Below are positions 1-10,258 of a stretch of DNA of 64,000 bases, piece by piece (the first letter of the stretch is position 1; every line of letters starts with the position of its first letter). The notes below the pieces were generated by a model that was not told the origin of the DNA, made no database searches, and saw only the letters and a program-made list of their open reading frames with translations. The position numbers and the translations under genes are program-made. The DNA comes from an uncultured bacterium (GTDB lineage: Bacteria > Krumholzibacteriota > Krumholzibacteriia > JACNKJ01). The stretch is from the NCBI GenBank assembly GCA_963695095.1, contig CAVOFT010000001.1:320001-384000 (forward strand), given 5' to 3'.

Positions 1-42
1 CTGCTCGAGCACGAGAGCGGCGAGCAGCGGCTTGGATTCTAG
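1..42 (+). CDS. 3' end of an upstream gene (partial, LLEHESGEQRLGF*)
   Basis: Open frame from base 1 to TAG at 40-42 with GC3-rich codons; too short to identify. Confidence 0.35.
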   Translation: MLEHESGEQRLGF

Positions 43-186
43 CCTATGCCGTGGGGTTGGCCCGTCCGGCGGCCCGCACCATTCGGCATGCGCCCTGCTT
101 GACCAGCGGTGAGCGCTTGCCGCCCGGGCACACCGGCGCTAGAATTCGACTGTCTTCGTACCGAACCGTCAACGAGGTGGACAGCC

Positions 187-873
187 ATGAGCCAGAAGGC
201 AAGCCGACCCGCCGAGCTGGGCCGCTACAGCATCCCTGAAGCGGCCCGCTATCTGCGGATTCCCCAGGCTACGCTGCGCTCCTGGCTGATCGGTCGCGAC
301 TACACCACGGCTGCGGGCGCCAAGACGTTCAAGCCGCTCATTCGCATTGCGGATGGGCGCGGTCGCCAGCTCTCTTTTGAAAACCTCATCGAAGCCCACG
401 TTCTGACAGCACTTCGCAAAACGCACGAGGTCCGCGTGAAGGACATCCGCGAGGCGATCCGCTATGTCGAGAGGGAGCTTGAGATCAAGCGCCTGCTACT
501 CAGCCAGGAACTGAAGACGGGAGGCGGGGCGCTGTTCCTAGACCACTACGGCGAGCTGATCAACATCGGGCAATCCGGGCAGCTCGCGATGCGGTCGGTT
601 CTCGAGTCCTTCCTGAAGCGCGTTGTCTGGGAGGATGCGCTTGTGGCTGCATTCTACCCATTCGTCGGTGATTGGGGGCAGGCAGCGCCTCGCCCTATTG
701 TGATCAACCCCAATCTGGCTTTCGGAAAGCCCGTGGTCGCCAGCCGTTTCATCGCCACGGCCGTGATTACGGACCGCTGCGATGCGGGCGAGTCCATCGC
801 CGATCTTGCCGAGGACTACGGCCTGGAAGCCGCTGAGATCGAGGCGGCGATTCTCTACGAGAGAGCTGCTTGA
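187..873 (+). CDS. DUF433-domain antitoxin with N-terminal HTH (VapB45-like)
   Basis: YSIPEAARYLRIPQATLRSW HTH, LSFENLIEAHVL, C-terminal INPNLAFGKP...ESIADLAEDYGL (DUF433); ATG 187 after GAGGTGG; overlaps next gene. Confidence 0.85.
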   Translation: MSQKASRPAELGRYSIPEAARYLRIPQATLRSWLIGRDYTTAAGAKTFKPLIRIADGRGRQLSFENLIEAHVLTALRKTHEVRVKDIREAIRYVERELEIKRLLLSQELKTGGGALFLDHYGELINIGQSGQLAMRSVLESFLKRVVWEDALVAAFYPFVGDWGQAAPRPIVINPNLAFGKPVVASRFIATAVITDRCDAGESIADLAEDYGLEAAEIEAAILYERAA

Positions 874-1319
874 GCGAGATCTTCTTCATCGATCGCGATC
901 TCGGGAAGACATTTCCCGCAATGCTGACTGCAGCAGGGATCGATACCCGGCCCTACCACACCGTCTATGCACGAGACGATGTGCCCGATGCAGATTGGCT
1001 CGCCCGCTGCGGGCTCGAGGGGTGGTATGCCCTCACGCACGACAAGAGCATTGGGCGCCGCCGACGTTCACGCGGGGCCTTCCCAGAGGTCTTCGCCTCC
1101 GGAGTGGGGTTGATCATCCTTCGGGGTCAACGCACGACGCGGGATCTCGCCGAGAGCTTCATCTGTTCCCAGGAGCGAATCGACTCATTCCTGGTCAGTA
1201 CGGCCCGACCCTTCGTTGCGAAGTTCTTCTGCTCCGATGAGCGCTACACGAATGGCGACCGCAAGCCAGGGCGGCTGGAGCTCATCATGTCATCGCCTTC
1301 CACGAAGCGAAAACCCTGA
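870..1319 (+). CDS. PIN-like domain toxin (VapC45-like)
   Basis: FFIDRDLG, D-x-D-W-L (VPDADWL), LTHDKSI motifs; 4-nt overlap with the antitoxin. Confidence 0.8.
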   Translation: MSEIFFIDRDLGKTFPAMLTAAGIDTRPYHTVYARDDVPDADWLARCGLEGWYALTHDKSIGRRRRSRGAFPEVFASGVGLIILRGQRTTRDLAESFICSQERIDSFLVSTARPFVAKFFCSDERYTNGDRKPGRLELIMSSPSTKRKP

Positions 1320-3977
1320 TCAGCGCCGAATCGTAACCGTCGCCACCCCCAGCTTTCGCCCGGCCGCGCTGGCCCGAGCCAGGTAGACACCGCTGGGCAG
1401 GCGATCGCCGCGCGTGTCCACGCCCGCCCAGAAGAGCCGCCCCGCGCCGGGCGCCGCGGCCTGCCGGCCGGACCAGACCCGCCGCCCCGCCACGCTGTAG
1501 ATCGCCAGCTCGACTTCGGCGCCGCGCGCCAGGTCCCAGGCGATCCAGCTTCCCTCCGCGCTCGGGTTCGGGTAGGGCGCGAGCAGGCGTCCCGCCGCGG
1601 CCAGTTCTGCGGGCGGCGCGGCTGTCGCCACGTCCACGTCGCAGGTGAAGACGCTGCGGCCATAGGTGCCCGCGTAGAGCAGGCGGTTCACCGGATCGAA
1701 GGCTAGGTGGCTGACCACCACGTTCGGCAGGTCCGCGCCGAGCATGCTCCAGCTCGCGCCCGCGCTCGTGGTCTGGTACACGCCCAGATCCGTGGCCACC
1801 CAGAGCCGGCCCGGCGTGGCCGGATCGGCGATGAGGACATTCGCCGGCGCTTCGGGCAGGTTGCCCGCGATGGGCTCCCAGGTGGCGCCCAGATCCGTCG
1901 TGCGGAAGACGTGCGGCAAGGGCTCGGTCCAGCGGAAGCCCGAGATCGTCACGTAGGCCGTCTCGCGGTCGAAGGGGTCGCCGGCGAGGCTGGTCACCCA
2001 GCGGTCGGGCAGGGTGGCGGCCACGTTCGCCCAGCTCGTGCCGCCGTTCACGCTCACGTTGACGTAGCCGTCGTCGCTGCCGGCCCAGAGCACCTGGCCG
2101 TCCAGGGGCGAGACCGCCAGGGTCGTCAGCGTGCCCCGCACCTGGCCGGCCACGCCGGAGTGCGGGCCGCCGGTGAGGTCGCCGCTCAGGGCCGTCCAGC
2201 TCGTGTTGCTCGCGCTGCGGTAGACCTTGTTGGTGCCGAAGTAGCGCCGGTCCACGTTCGTGGGGTCCTGGATCAGCGGCGCGTTCCAGGCGATGCGGTC
2301 GCTGCCGCCGATGCCGCCGGTCGCGCTCGAGAAGGAGCCGCCGCCGTTGGACGAGTAGCCGAGGCCGCCGTACTGGTACTGGCGCCCAGATCCGCAGGCT
2401 GCTTTGCGGGATGCACCAGCGGCCCGAAGCCGTCGCCGCCGTAGATGTTGACGAAGTCGTTCGCCGCGCCGCTCGTGCTGCGATTCGTGCCGTTGTCCTG
2501 CGCGCCGAGCAGCAGCGCGTTCGCGTTGCTCGCGTCCAGGGCGAGCCGGTAGACCTGCGTGACGGGCTGCTCGGGCAGGAGCGTCCAGACCGTGCCGCCG
2601 TTCGTGCACCGGTAGACGCCGCCGTCGTTGCCGTCGTAGATGACGGGGCTCGCGCCCGGCCCGAAGGCGAGGCCGTGGTGGTCCACGTGCATGCTGCCGG
2701 CGGCGCTACTCCAGGAGCCGCCGCCGTTCGTGCTGCGGTAGAAGTCGAGCCCGAGCACGCAGATGGTGAGCGGGTTCGCCGGGTGCACGCGCACGTTGCC
2801 GAACCACCAGCCGTAGCTCGCGAAGATGCTCGACGAGCGCGCCGTCGCTCGTGCGGGTCCAGGTGTCGCCGCCGTCGGTGCTGCGGTAGAGGCCGTCGAA
2901 GTAGCCCGTGCGGTCCGCGTAGACCGCGCACATCACGTCGGGCTGGGCCGCGCAGAGGTCCAGGCCGATGCGCCCGCCCGTGCTCGAGGTCGCGGGCAGG
3001 CCGCCGCTGCCCGAGAGCAGCGACCAGGTGTCGCCGCCGTTCGTGGAGCGATACACCGCGCAGCGCGGCCCGCCGTAGTCGTAGGCCTCGGGCTGGCGCA
3101 GGCGCTGCCACATGGCGGCGAGCAGCACGTTCGGCTGGTCGGGCCGCTGGATGAGGTCCACGCAGCCCGTGTCGTCGGCGACGAAGAGCACGTGTTCCCA
3201 GCTGCTGCCACCATCCACGCTGCGGTAGACGCCGCGCGCGCTGTCCGTCTCCCAGAGCTGCCCCATGGCGGCCACGAAGAGCCGCTGCGAGTTCGTCGGG
3301 TCCACGCGGATGCGCCCGATGGCGCCCACGCTCTCCAGGCCCAGCGATTCCCAGCTGGCGCCGCGGTCCGGCGAGCGGAAGAGGCCCGCGCCGCCGTAGG
3401 CCACGCTGCCGCCGCCCGGGTTCACCTCGCCGCTGCCCGCGTAGACGATGTCCGGGTTCGCCGGGTCCAGGGCCACGGCGCCCATGGCGAGGGCGGGCCC
3501 CTCGTCGAAGAGGGGCAGCCAGTGCTGGCCCGCGTCGTCGCTGCGCAGGATGCCGCCCTCGGCGGCCGCGGCGTAGACGCGGTTCGCGTCGCGGGGGTCC
3601 ACGGCCAGATCCGTGATGCGCCCGCCGATGTTCGTGGGGCCGCGGGGGATCCAGGTCGCGTCGCGGCCGCCGGCCCGGGCTGCCGCCCGCGCCTCCTCGC
3701 GCAGGAGGCCGGCCTCCACGCGCGCTCGTTGCATGATCTCGGCCGGGATGTGCCCGGTCGGGAAGGCGCGCTCGGCGAAGAACCAGGGGTTGGGCGCCTT
3801 GGGCGCGAGGCCGTCGCCCGGATGCCGGGAGTGCTGCTTGGCGGGCGGCCCGGCGGGGGACGCGCCTTCGCGGAGCAGCAGGCTCAAGCTCAGCACGAGC
3901 GCCAGGAGGGCGAAGAGGAGCAGGGCGGGAGCGCGGCCGGCGGGTGCGGCACTCTGCCAGCGGGTCTTCTCGAGCAT
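1320..3977 (-). CDS. Secreted BNR/Asp-box beta-propeller (VPS10/glycoside-hydrolase-like) with C-terminal FlgD-Ig/T9SS-like domain; frameshifted near 2835 and 2385-2410
   Basis: GPTNIGGRITDL, repeated RSxDGGxSW Asp-boxes, MHVDHH, C-terminal YPNP...IYSVAGRRV...SGVYLAR; three ORF fragments join into one gene. Confidence 0.85.
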
Positions 3978-4136
3978 GGGGACCTCCGCGGGGCGGGAAA
4001 CGGGCGACGGGGAGGCCTCCAGTATAGTGGATCCGCGCCCTGGACTCTAGGCGGGCCTGGCCGGCCCGTGCTAGCCTGGGGCCGACGCCTGCCGGGAATC
4101 CCCCCTCGCCGCCGGGCGGCCAGCCTCGAGGTCACC

Positions 4137-5501
4137 ATGCGACCACTGCTTGGCGCGCTTGCCGGGATCTGCCTGCTCGCCGCGCTCGCCCTGCCTGCTG
4201 CCGCCGCCGGCTCCGCAGCGGCGGACTCGCCGCCGCCGGGCAGCGTGATCGAGGTCATCCGCACGCTCTTCCACGCCATCGTCGACGACGATGCCCGCGT
4301 GGAGCCCGGCCTCCACGGCGCCCTCGACCTGCGCCTGAGGCAGGAAGTGCTGGACGAGCTCTACTACTTCACGCCCGCGCAGCCGGACCGCAACTGGATC
4401 CGCCTGCGCTCGCGCGCGGGGGCGGCCTACGGCTGGGGGCTGTCGAACCAGGTCGAAGCGCGCCTCTGCAGCGAGTTCCGCAAGATCATCACGCCCGACA
4501 CGCCGATCAACTACGACGAGGTCATCGTCGACCGCCTGCTCTACCGCTATCGCCCCAGCGACTGGGCGACGCTGACCCTGGGCCGCCAGGACATCGCCTG
4601 GGACGACGGCTTCCTCGTCATGGACGGCACGCCGCTGGACGGCAGCCGCAGCGCCTACATGAACGCGCTGCGCCTGGAGCTGAGCGACGACGATCCCGAC
4701 TTTTCCCTGCTCGAGGGTTTCTTCGCCTACAACCCCGCCACCGACGACCTCGTGCTCTGGGACGACGATGTGAAGCGCCGCCTCACCGACGGCGACGAGA
4801 GCGCCGCCGCCCTGCGCGCGCGCTTCGCAGGGCAGCACCAGATCGCCGTGATCTGGAAGCGCGAGCGCGACCCGGACCATGAGCGCCCCGCCCTCGATGC
4901 CTGGACGCTCGACTACCGCGGCGAGCGCAGGCGCGGCGCCACGAGCCTGATGGGCGAAGTCGCGCTCCAGCACCAGGACTGGACGGGCCGCGGCGTCGAC
5001 ACCAGTGGCCTCGCCTGGGCGATGCAGCTCCGTCTGCGCCGCCAGCTGAGCGCGCCGCGGCGTCTGGATCTGGGCCTCTTCGCCTACTCCGGCCGCGACG
5101 GCGACCAGCTCGCCTTCCGCACGCCCTGGGGCCGCTGGCCCAAGTGGAGCGAGCTGATGCTCTACCGCCTCATCGGCGAGGACGGCGTGGGCGCCTGGGC
5201 CAATCTCGCCGGCGCCTGGCTGGAGGCCGAGCAGAGCCGCGACGGCAAGCTGCTGGGGGTGGGCGTCCAGGCGCTCTCGAGCCTGGCTCCCACCTCGGAC
5301 TTTCGCGACATCCTGATCCGGGTGCGGGTCGAGCTGCCCCTGATGGATGCGCTGAAGACGCAGTTCCTCATGGAATCGCAGCTGGCCTCCGGATACGACT
5401 CCGTTTCCTATGTCCCCGCCTATGGATCGAGCGTGCCTCGCGAAGTGGACGCCGGCGGCGGCTTGTTCCTGCGCTGGCAGATCACCTACGAACTGAAGTG
5501 A
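4137..5501 (+). CDS. Outer-membrane beta-barrel, alginate-export-family-like
   Basis: Signal peptide from ATG 4137 (GAGG RBS); DLRLRQE, LTLGRQDI motifs; amphipathic C-terminal strand FLRWQITYELK. Confidence 0.6.
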   Translation: MRPLLGALAGICLLAALALPAAAAGSAAADSPPPGSVIEVIRTLFHAIVDDDARVEPGLHGALDLRLRQEVLDELYYFTPAQPDRNWIRLRSRAGAAYGWGLSNQVEARLCSEFRKIITPDTPINYDEVIVDRLLYRYRPSDWATLTLGRQDIAWDDGFLVMDGTPLDGSRSAYMNALRLELSDDDPDFSLLEGFFAYNPATDDLVLWDDDVKRRLTDGDESAAALRARFAGQHQIAVIWKRERDPDHERPALDAWTLDYRGERRRGATSLMGEVALQHQDWTGRGVDTSGLAWAMQLRLRRQLSAPRRLDLGLFAYSGRDGDQLAFRTPWGRWPKWSELMLYRLIGEDGVGAWANLAGAWLEAEQSRDGKLLGVGVQALSSLAPTSDFRDILIRVRVELPLMDALKTQFLMESQLASGYDSVSYVPAYGSSVPREVDAGGGLFLRWQITYELK

Positions 5502-5509
5502 GGAGCGCC

Positions 5510-5626
5510 ATGCCGCCCTTCCATCTGCCCTGGTCCACATTCGGCGCGCTGCTCCTGCTGGCCGGCGCCATCCTGCTCGCCATCGTCTGGGCCCTGGTCG
5601 ACCGCGCGCGGGAGGGCCGCCGGTGA
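5510..5626 (+). CDS. 38-aa single-TM micropeptide, probable small partner of the SSS transporter
   Basis: AGGAG RBS at 5501-5505; MPPFHLPWSTFGALLLLAGAILLAIVWALVDRAREGRR; GTGA overlap with the symporter start. Confidence 0.7.
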   Translation: MPPFHLPWSTFGALLLLAGAILLAIVWALVDRAREGRR

Positions 5627-7086
5627 TCGTCTACATCATCGTGCTCGTGGCCTATCTCATCCTGCTGGCATCCATCGGCCTCTACTTCCGCGGGCGCAGC
5701 CAGAGCGCCGCGGACTTCGCCATCGGCGGCCGCTCGGTGGGGCCCTGGGTCACGGCGCTCTCCTTCGTGGCGGCCTACTACTCCAGCGTGGTCATCATCG
5801 GCGGCGGCGCCTTCGGCTGGCGCTTCGGGCTCTCGACGCTCTGGATCGGCGCCGGCAACGTGCTCGTCGGCAGCACGCTGGCCTTCATCGTGCTCGGTCG
5901 CCGCGTGCGCCGCATGAGCGAGAACCTCGAGGTGCACACCCTGCCCGGCTTCTTCGCCGGCCGCTACGGCTCCCCCGCCGCGCGCATCTTCAGCGCCGCG
6001 GTCACGGGCCTCTTCCTCATCATCTACAACGTGAGCGTGCTCAAGGGCATGGCCAACGCCTTCGAGGTGCTCATGGACATGCCCTACATGGCGGGCGTGC
6101 TCATCAGCGGCATTGTCATCCTCTTCTACACGGCCGTGGGCGGCTACCTGGCCGTGGTCTGGACCAGCTTCGTGCAGGGCATCGTGATGATCGTCGCGCT
6201 CGTCCTGCTCGCGACCTTCGCCCTCATCCGCGTGGGGGGCATGACGGCCCTCGTCGACCGCCTGGCGCTGCTCGGCCCCGGCTACGTGGAGAGCCCCGGC
6301 GAGTGGGGCTGGGCGGGCCTGGTCAGCTTCGCGCTCATCGTGAGTCTCGGCGCCTGGGGCCTGCCGCAGCTGCTCATCCGCTTCTACTCGATCAAGAGCG
6401 AGCGCAACCTGCGCCTGGCCACGGTGGTCGTCACCCTGGGCGCGGCGATGGCCGTGCTGCCCTACCTCTGCGGGGCCATCGCCCGCGTGCTCGTGCCGGA
6501 GCTCGCCGGCCCCGACCGGGCGATTCCCGCCCTCACGCAGCTCGTCCTCAACGACTGGGGGGGCGCGCTCTTTCTCGCCGGCGTCGTCGCCGCCGGCATG
6601 AGCACCTTCGCGGGCGTGCTGCTCATCATCGCCAGCAGCCTGGTGCGCGACGTCTGGATCGAGGGCCTCGGCCGCCCGCTCGCCGCCGCTGCTGAACTCA
6701 AGGCCAGCCGTCTCACCAGCCTGGCGGTCGGCCTCGTCAGCGTGCTCATCGCGCTGAAGCCGCCCGGCCTGGTGCTCGTGCTCACGGCCTTCGCCTGGGC
6801 GGTGATCGCCTCCACCAACCTCTGGCCCCTGCTCTTCGGCATCTGCTGGCGGCGCACCAGCCCGCGGGCCACCCTGGCCAGCATGGTGCTGGGCGCAGCC
6901 ACGGCCCTCGCCTGGGAGCTGCTGCGCCGCTTCCTGCCCGCGCCCTGGAGCGGACTGCACGGCTTCCTGACGGGTAGCGCCGTGGCGCTGCTGGTGATCG
7001 TCGTCGGCACGCTGCTGGGCCGGCCGGCGCCCGCGGCGCGCCTCGCGCGCGCCTGGGGCACGCCGCCCGCCGGGGAGTCGTCGTGA
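5623..7086 (+). CDS. Sodium:solute symporter (SSS/SLC5; PutP/PanF-like)
   Basis: About 13 hydrophobic segments; DFAIGGRSVGPW, YTAVGG, GLPQLLIRFY, AAGMST motifs. Confidence 0.92.
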   Translation: MIVYIIVLVAYLILLASIGLYFRGRSQSAADFAIGGRSVGPWVTALSFVAAYYSSVVIIGGGAFGWRFGLSTLWIGAGNVLVGSTLAFIVLGRRVRRMSENLEVHTLPGFFAGRYGSPAARIFSAAVTGLFLIIYNVSVLKGMANAFEVLMDMPYMAGVLISGIVILFYTAVGGYLAVVWTSFVQGIVMIVALVLLATFALIRVGGMTALVDRLALLGPGYVESPGEWGWAGLVSFALIVSLGAWGLPQLLIRFYSIKSERNLRLATVVVTLGAAMAVLPYLCGAIARVLVPELAGPDRAIPALTQLVLNDWGGALFLAGVVAAGMSTFAGVLLIIASSLVRDVWIEGLGRPLAAAAELKASRLTSLAVGLVSVLIALKPPGLVLVLTAFAWAVIASTNLWPLLFGICWRRTSPRATLASMVLGAATALAWELLRRFLPAPWSGLHGFLTGSAVALLVIVVGTLLGRPAPAARLARAWGTPPAGESS

Positions 7087-10000
7087 GCAAATCCGCCGGA
7101 GAACTGCAGAGCATCCTGGACGCCTTGAGCGAGCCGATCCTCGTCTGGGATGCGCAGGGCCGCCTGCTCCACGCGAATGTCGCCTGCTGGGAGCAGCTCG
7201 GCTGGGACCTCGCAGCGCTGGCCGCCTCGGTGCCGGCTGCCCTGGCGCCGGCGGGCAGCGAGCTGGCCGCGCTGCTTGGCGAGGCCCCCGCCCGCCTCGC
7301 CGCCGCGGGCGGCGCCCTCGCCCTCGAGGCCTGTGCGGTGCTCGCCGCGGACGGCAGCGAGCGGCGCTGCAGCGCGCGCCTGGCCGCCCTCGCCGCCCCT
7401 GCGGGCGCCCCCCCGAGCTTCCTCTTGCAGCTGCGGCTCCTCGGTCGCCTGCCCGCCACGATGGAGCACTTCCGCGCCGTCTTCGAGAGCGCGGCCGACG
7501 GCATCTTCATCAAGGACCGCGAGCTGCGCTACCTGGCCGTCAACCCCGCCCTCTGTGCGATCCACGGCCGTCGGGAAGAGGAGCTGATCGGCCGCCGAGC
7601 CGAGGACCTCTTCCCGGCGGCCGTCGCCGCCGCCCTGGAAGCCACGGACCGCCGCGTGCTCGCCGGTGAGCGCATCGACTCGCTGCAGGAGATCCCCATG
7701 GAGGACGGCCTGCACACGGTGCAGATCGTCAAGTCGCCGGTGCGCGGCAGCGACGGCACGATCGTCGGCCTCTGCGCGATCGCCCGCAACATCACGGAGG
7801 CCCACAAGCTGGAGAATGCCCTCCGCGCCAGTGAGGAGGAGCTGCGGCTGCTCGCGGAGAACATGCCGGGGGCCCTCTTCTCTTTCATCCGGCGGCCGGA
7901 TGGCAAGCTGGAATCGGCCTATCACAGCGTGGGCCTCGAGCGCCTGCTCGGCGCCGAGCTCGTGGACCGGCTTCGTCAGGGCGCTATCAACTACAGCGAG
8001 CTGCTCCACCCCGAAGATCGCGCCGCATTCCCGGCGCCCGTCCGGTCCATGGATGGCCAGTCCTTTCGTCTCGAGGCCGAGCATCGCCTGCAGAATGGCC
8101 GGGGCGGCTATCGTTGGGTGCGCTTGCAGTCCCACGGCTCGCTGCGCCCTGATGGCAACGTGCGCTGGCACGGAGTGGTTCTGGACGTGGACGAACGCAA
8201 GCGCATGGACAGCACCCTTGCCGAACTCAGCAGCCGGCTGCAAGCGCTCACCGACCAAATGCCCGGCGTCGTCTTTTCCTATCGGCGCCGGCCCAGCGGC
8301 CACCGTGAGGCCGTCTACATCAGCCCCGGCCTGGAGGCGCAGATCGGGCCCGAGCTGGCCTGGAAGATCCAGCAGGACATCGACGCCCTGCACGCGCTCA
8401 TTCATGCCGATGACCTGCACGCAGTGGTCAATGGCGATAGGGAGACCGAGCCCGACCAGTTCGGCAGCGACGTCGAGTACCGCACGCTCACGGATAGCGG
8501 CGAGTACCGCTGGATGTACAGCCGCGCCAAGGGCCTCGCTCAAGCCGACGGCAGCGTGCTCTGGCATGGCTTCATCGTCGACATCGACGAGCGCAAGCGG
8601 ATCGAAGAAGCGCTGCGCCAGGCCTCGCTGCGCTTGCAGGCTCTGGCCGACAACCTGCCCGGCCTCGTCTATTCCTATCGTCGCCATCCGGATGGACGGC
8701 GGGAGCACATCTACATCGGACCGCGGGGACTCGAGGAGATCATCGGGCCCAAGAACGCCGCGCGCATGCGCGAGGACCTGGACTACCACGACACGCTGCT
8801 CCACCCCGACGAGAAGGATAGCTTCGCGCCCATGCGTCCGGATCCGGACCTGCAGCCGCTGCATTTTCTCCGCGAGTATCGCCTGCGCCACGACGATGGC
8901 GACTACCGCTGGGTCGACTCCCGCTCCACGGGCTTTCCCCAGCCCGACGGCAGCGTCATCTGGCATGGCCTCATGATCAACGTCAGTCGGCGCAAGCGCG
9001 CCGAAGAGGAGCTACGCCTGCATTCAGACACGCTGGAGCGCACCAATCGCGAACTCAACGAAGCGATCCTGCAAGTGGAGAGCGCGATTCAAGCCCGCGG
9101 TCGCTTCCTGGCCACGATGAGCCACGAGATCCGCACGCCGCTGACGGCCATTCTCGGCTTCGCGGAGCTGCTGCTGGAATCGCCGGAGCAGGGGCGTCTT
9201 CAGGATAGCCTCGAGCTGATCCGCGACAACGGCCACTACCTGCTCAGAATCGTCAACGACGTCCTCGACTACTCGAAGATCGAGGCCGGGAAGCTCACCC
9301 TGGAGCGCGAGGCCCTGGATCCGGCGGCGTTGCTCGGCGAGCTCTGCGCCCTGATGCGTGTGCGGGCCGAAGCCAAGGGCCTCAAGCTCAAGCTGGACGT
9401 CGATCCGCACTTGCCCAATGCCCTGCAATGCGACCTGACGCGGCTGCGGCAGATCCTGCTCAACCTGCTCGGCAATGCGATCAAGTTCACGCCCACGGGC
9501 AGCGTCACCCTGCGCTGTCGCTATCTCGAGTCAGAGCCGCCGCAGCTGCTCTTCGAGGTCGAGGACACCGGGATCGGCATCCCGGCCGGAGATCCCGAGC
9601 GGCTCTTCGAGGCCTTCGCGCAGGGCGACCCTTCCGATGCCCGCGCCTACGGCGGCACCGGCCTGGGGCTTGCCATCAGCCGGAGCCTGGCGCGGCTCCT
9701 GGGTGGTGATATCGAGGCCATCGCCTTGCCGGCGGGCGGAAGCTGCTTCAGTCTGCGGTTGCCGGTGGAGCTGGAGTCGGCAGCGCCGCCGGCCGTAGCA
9801 CACCGCAGCGCGTCCGGTGTCCTGTACGGCCGTATTCTCGTCGTCGAGGACAACGCAACGAATCGCATCCTCGTGCGCCTGCTGCTGGAGTCCGCCGGGG
9901 CGACGGTGGTGGAGGCCACGGACGGCGAAACGGCTTTGCGCATGGTGGCGGAGGCCGAAGCCGAGAACCAGGCCTTCGATGCCATCCTGATGGACATCCA

Positions 10001-10214
10001 GATGCCCGGCCTCGACGGCTACGAGGCCACCCGGCGCCTGCGCGCGCAGGGCTGCCGGACGCCGATCGTCGCGCTCACGGCGCACGCCCTCTCCGGCCAT
10101 CGCGAGCGCTGCCTGGCTGCCGGCTGCGATGCCTACTGCGCGAAGCCCATCGATCGAGAGGAGCTGTTCGGCGTGCTGGCCGACTGCATGGGCCAGGACC
10201 GGACGAGTCCCTAG
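7083..10214 (+). CDS. Cytoplasmic multi-PAS hybrid sensor histidine kinase/response regulator
   Basis: About 5 PAS domains; [14 protein letters not shown]-box, NLLGNAIKF, DTGIG, GGTGLGL; receiver with ILMDIQMP. Confidence 0.93.
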   Translation: MSKSAGELQSILDALSEPILVWDAQGRLLHANVACWEQLGWDLAALAASVPAALAPAGSELAALLGEAPARLAAAGGALALEACAVLAADGSERRCSARLAALAAPAGAPPSFLLQLRLLGRLPATMEHFRAVFESAADGIFIKDRELRYLAVNPALCAIHGRREEELIGRRAEDLFPAAVAAALEATDRRVLAGERIDSLQEIPMEDGLHTVQIVKSPVRGSDGTIVGLCAIARNITEAHKLENALRASEEELRLLAENMPGALFSFIRRPDGKLESAYHSVGLERLLGAELVDRLRQGAINYSELLHPEDRAAFPAPVRSMDGQSFRLEAEHRLQNGRGGYRWVRLQSHGSLRPDGNVRWHGVVLDVDERKRMDSTLAELSSRLQALTDQMPGVVFSYRRRPSGHREAVYISPGLEAQIGPELAWKIQQDIDALHALIHADDLHAVVNGDRETEPDQFGSDVEYRTLTDSGEYRWMYSRAKGLAQADGSVLWHGFIVDIDERKRIEEALRQASLRLQALADNLPGLVYSYRRHPDGRREHIYIGPRGLEEIIGPKNAARMREDLDYHDTLLHPDEKDSFAPMRPDPDLQPLHFLREYRLRHDDGDYRWVDSRSTGFPQPDGSVIWHGLMINVSRRKRAEEELRLHSDTLERTNRELNEAILQVESAIQARGRFLATMSHEIRTPLTAILGFAELLLESPEQGRLQDSLELIRDNGHYLLRIVNDVLDYSKIEAGKLTLEREALDPAALLGELCALMRVRAEAKGLKLKLDVDPHLPNALQCDLTRLRQILLNLLGNAIKFTPTGSVTLRCRYLESEPPQLLFEVEDTGIGIPAGDPERLFEAFAQGDPSDARAYGGTGLGLAISRSLARLLGGDIEAIALPAGGSCFSLRLPVELESAAPPAVAHRSASGVLYGRILVVEDNATNRILVRLLLESAGATVVEATDGETALRMVAEAEAENQAFDAILMDIQMPGLDGYEATRRLRAQGCRTPIVALTAHALSGHRERCLAAGCDAYCAKPIDREELFGVLADCMGQDRTSP
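10170..10214 (+). repeat. Kinase 3' end; diverged copy at 12033-12080
   Basis: GVLADCMG-QDRTSP* aligns codon by codon with GVLADCIGGQGGPAP* at 12033-12080. Confidence 0.7.
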
Positions 10215-10258
10215 GTTAGGTCAGGATCGAGCCGGTCGCGGCGTACGATCAATGTCGC

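Noticed and set aside
2826..4136. N-terminal extensions of ORFs 2826-5501, 12756-15569 and 52058-56962
   Set aside because: Stop-free shadow frames in GC-rich DNA; real starts with RBS or coupling are at 4137, 14184 and 53624.
6462..8966. Long antisense and alternate-frame ORFs (also 13860-16340, 26829-29219, 43712-46102 and others)
   Set aside because: They mirror well-supported genes, have no motifs and are expected at this GC content.
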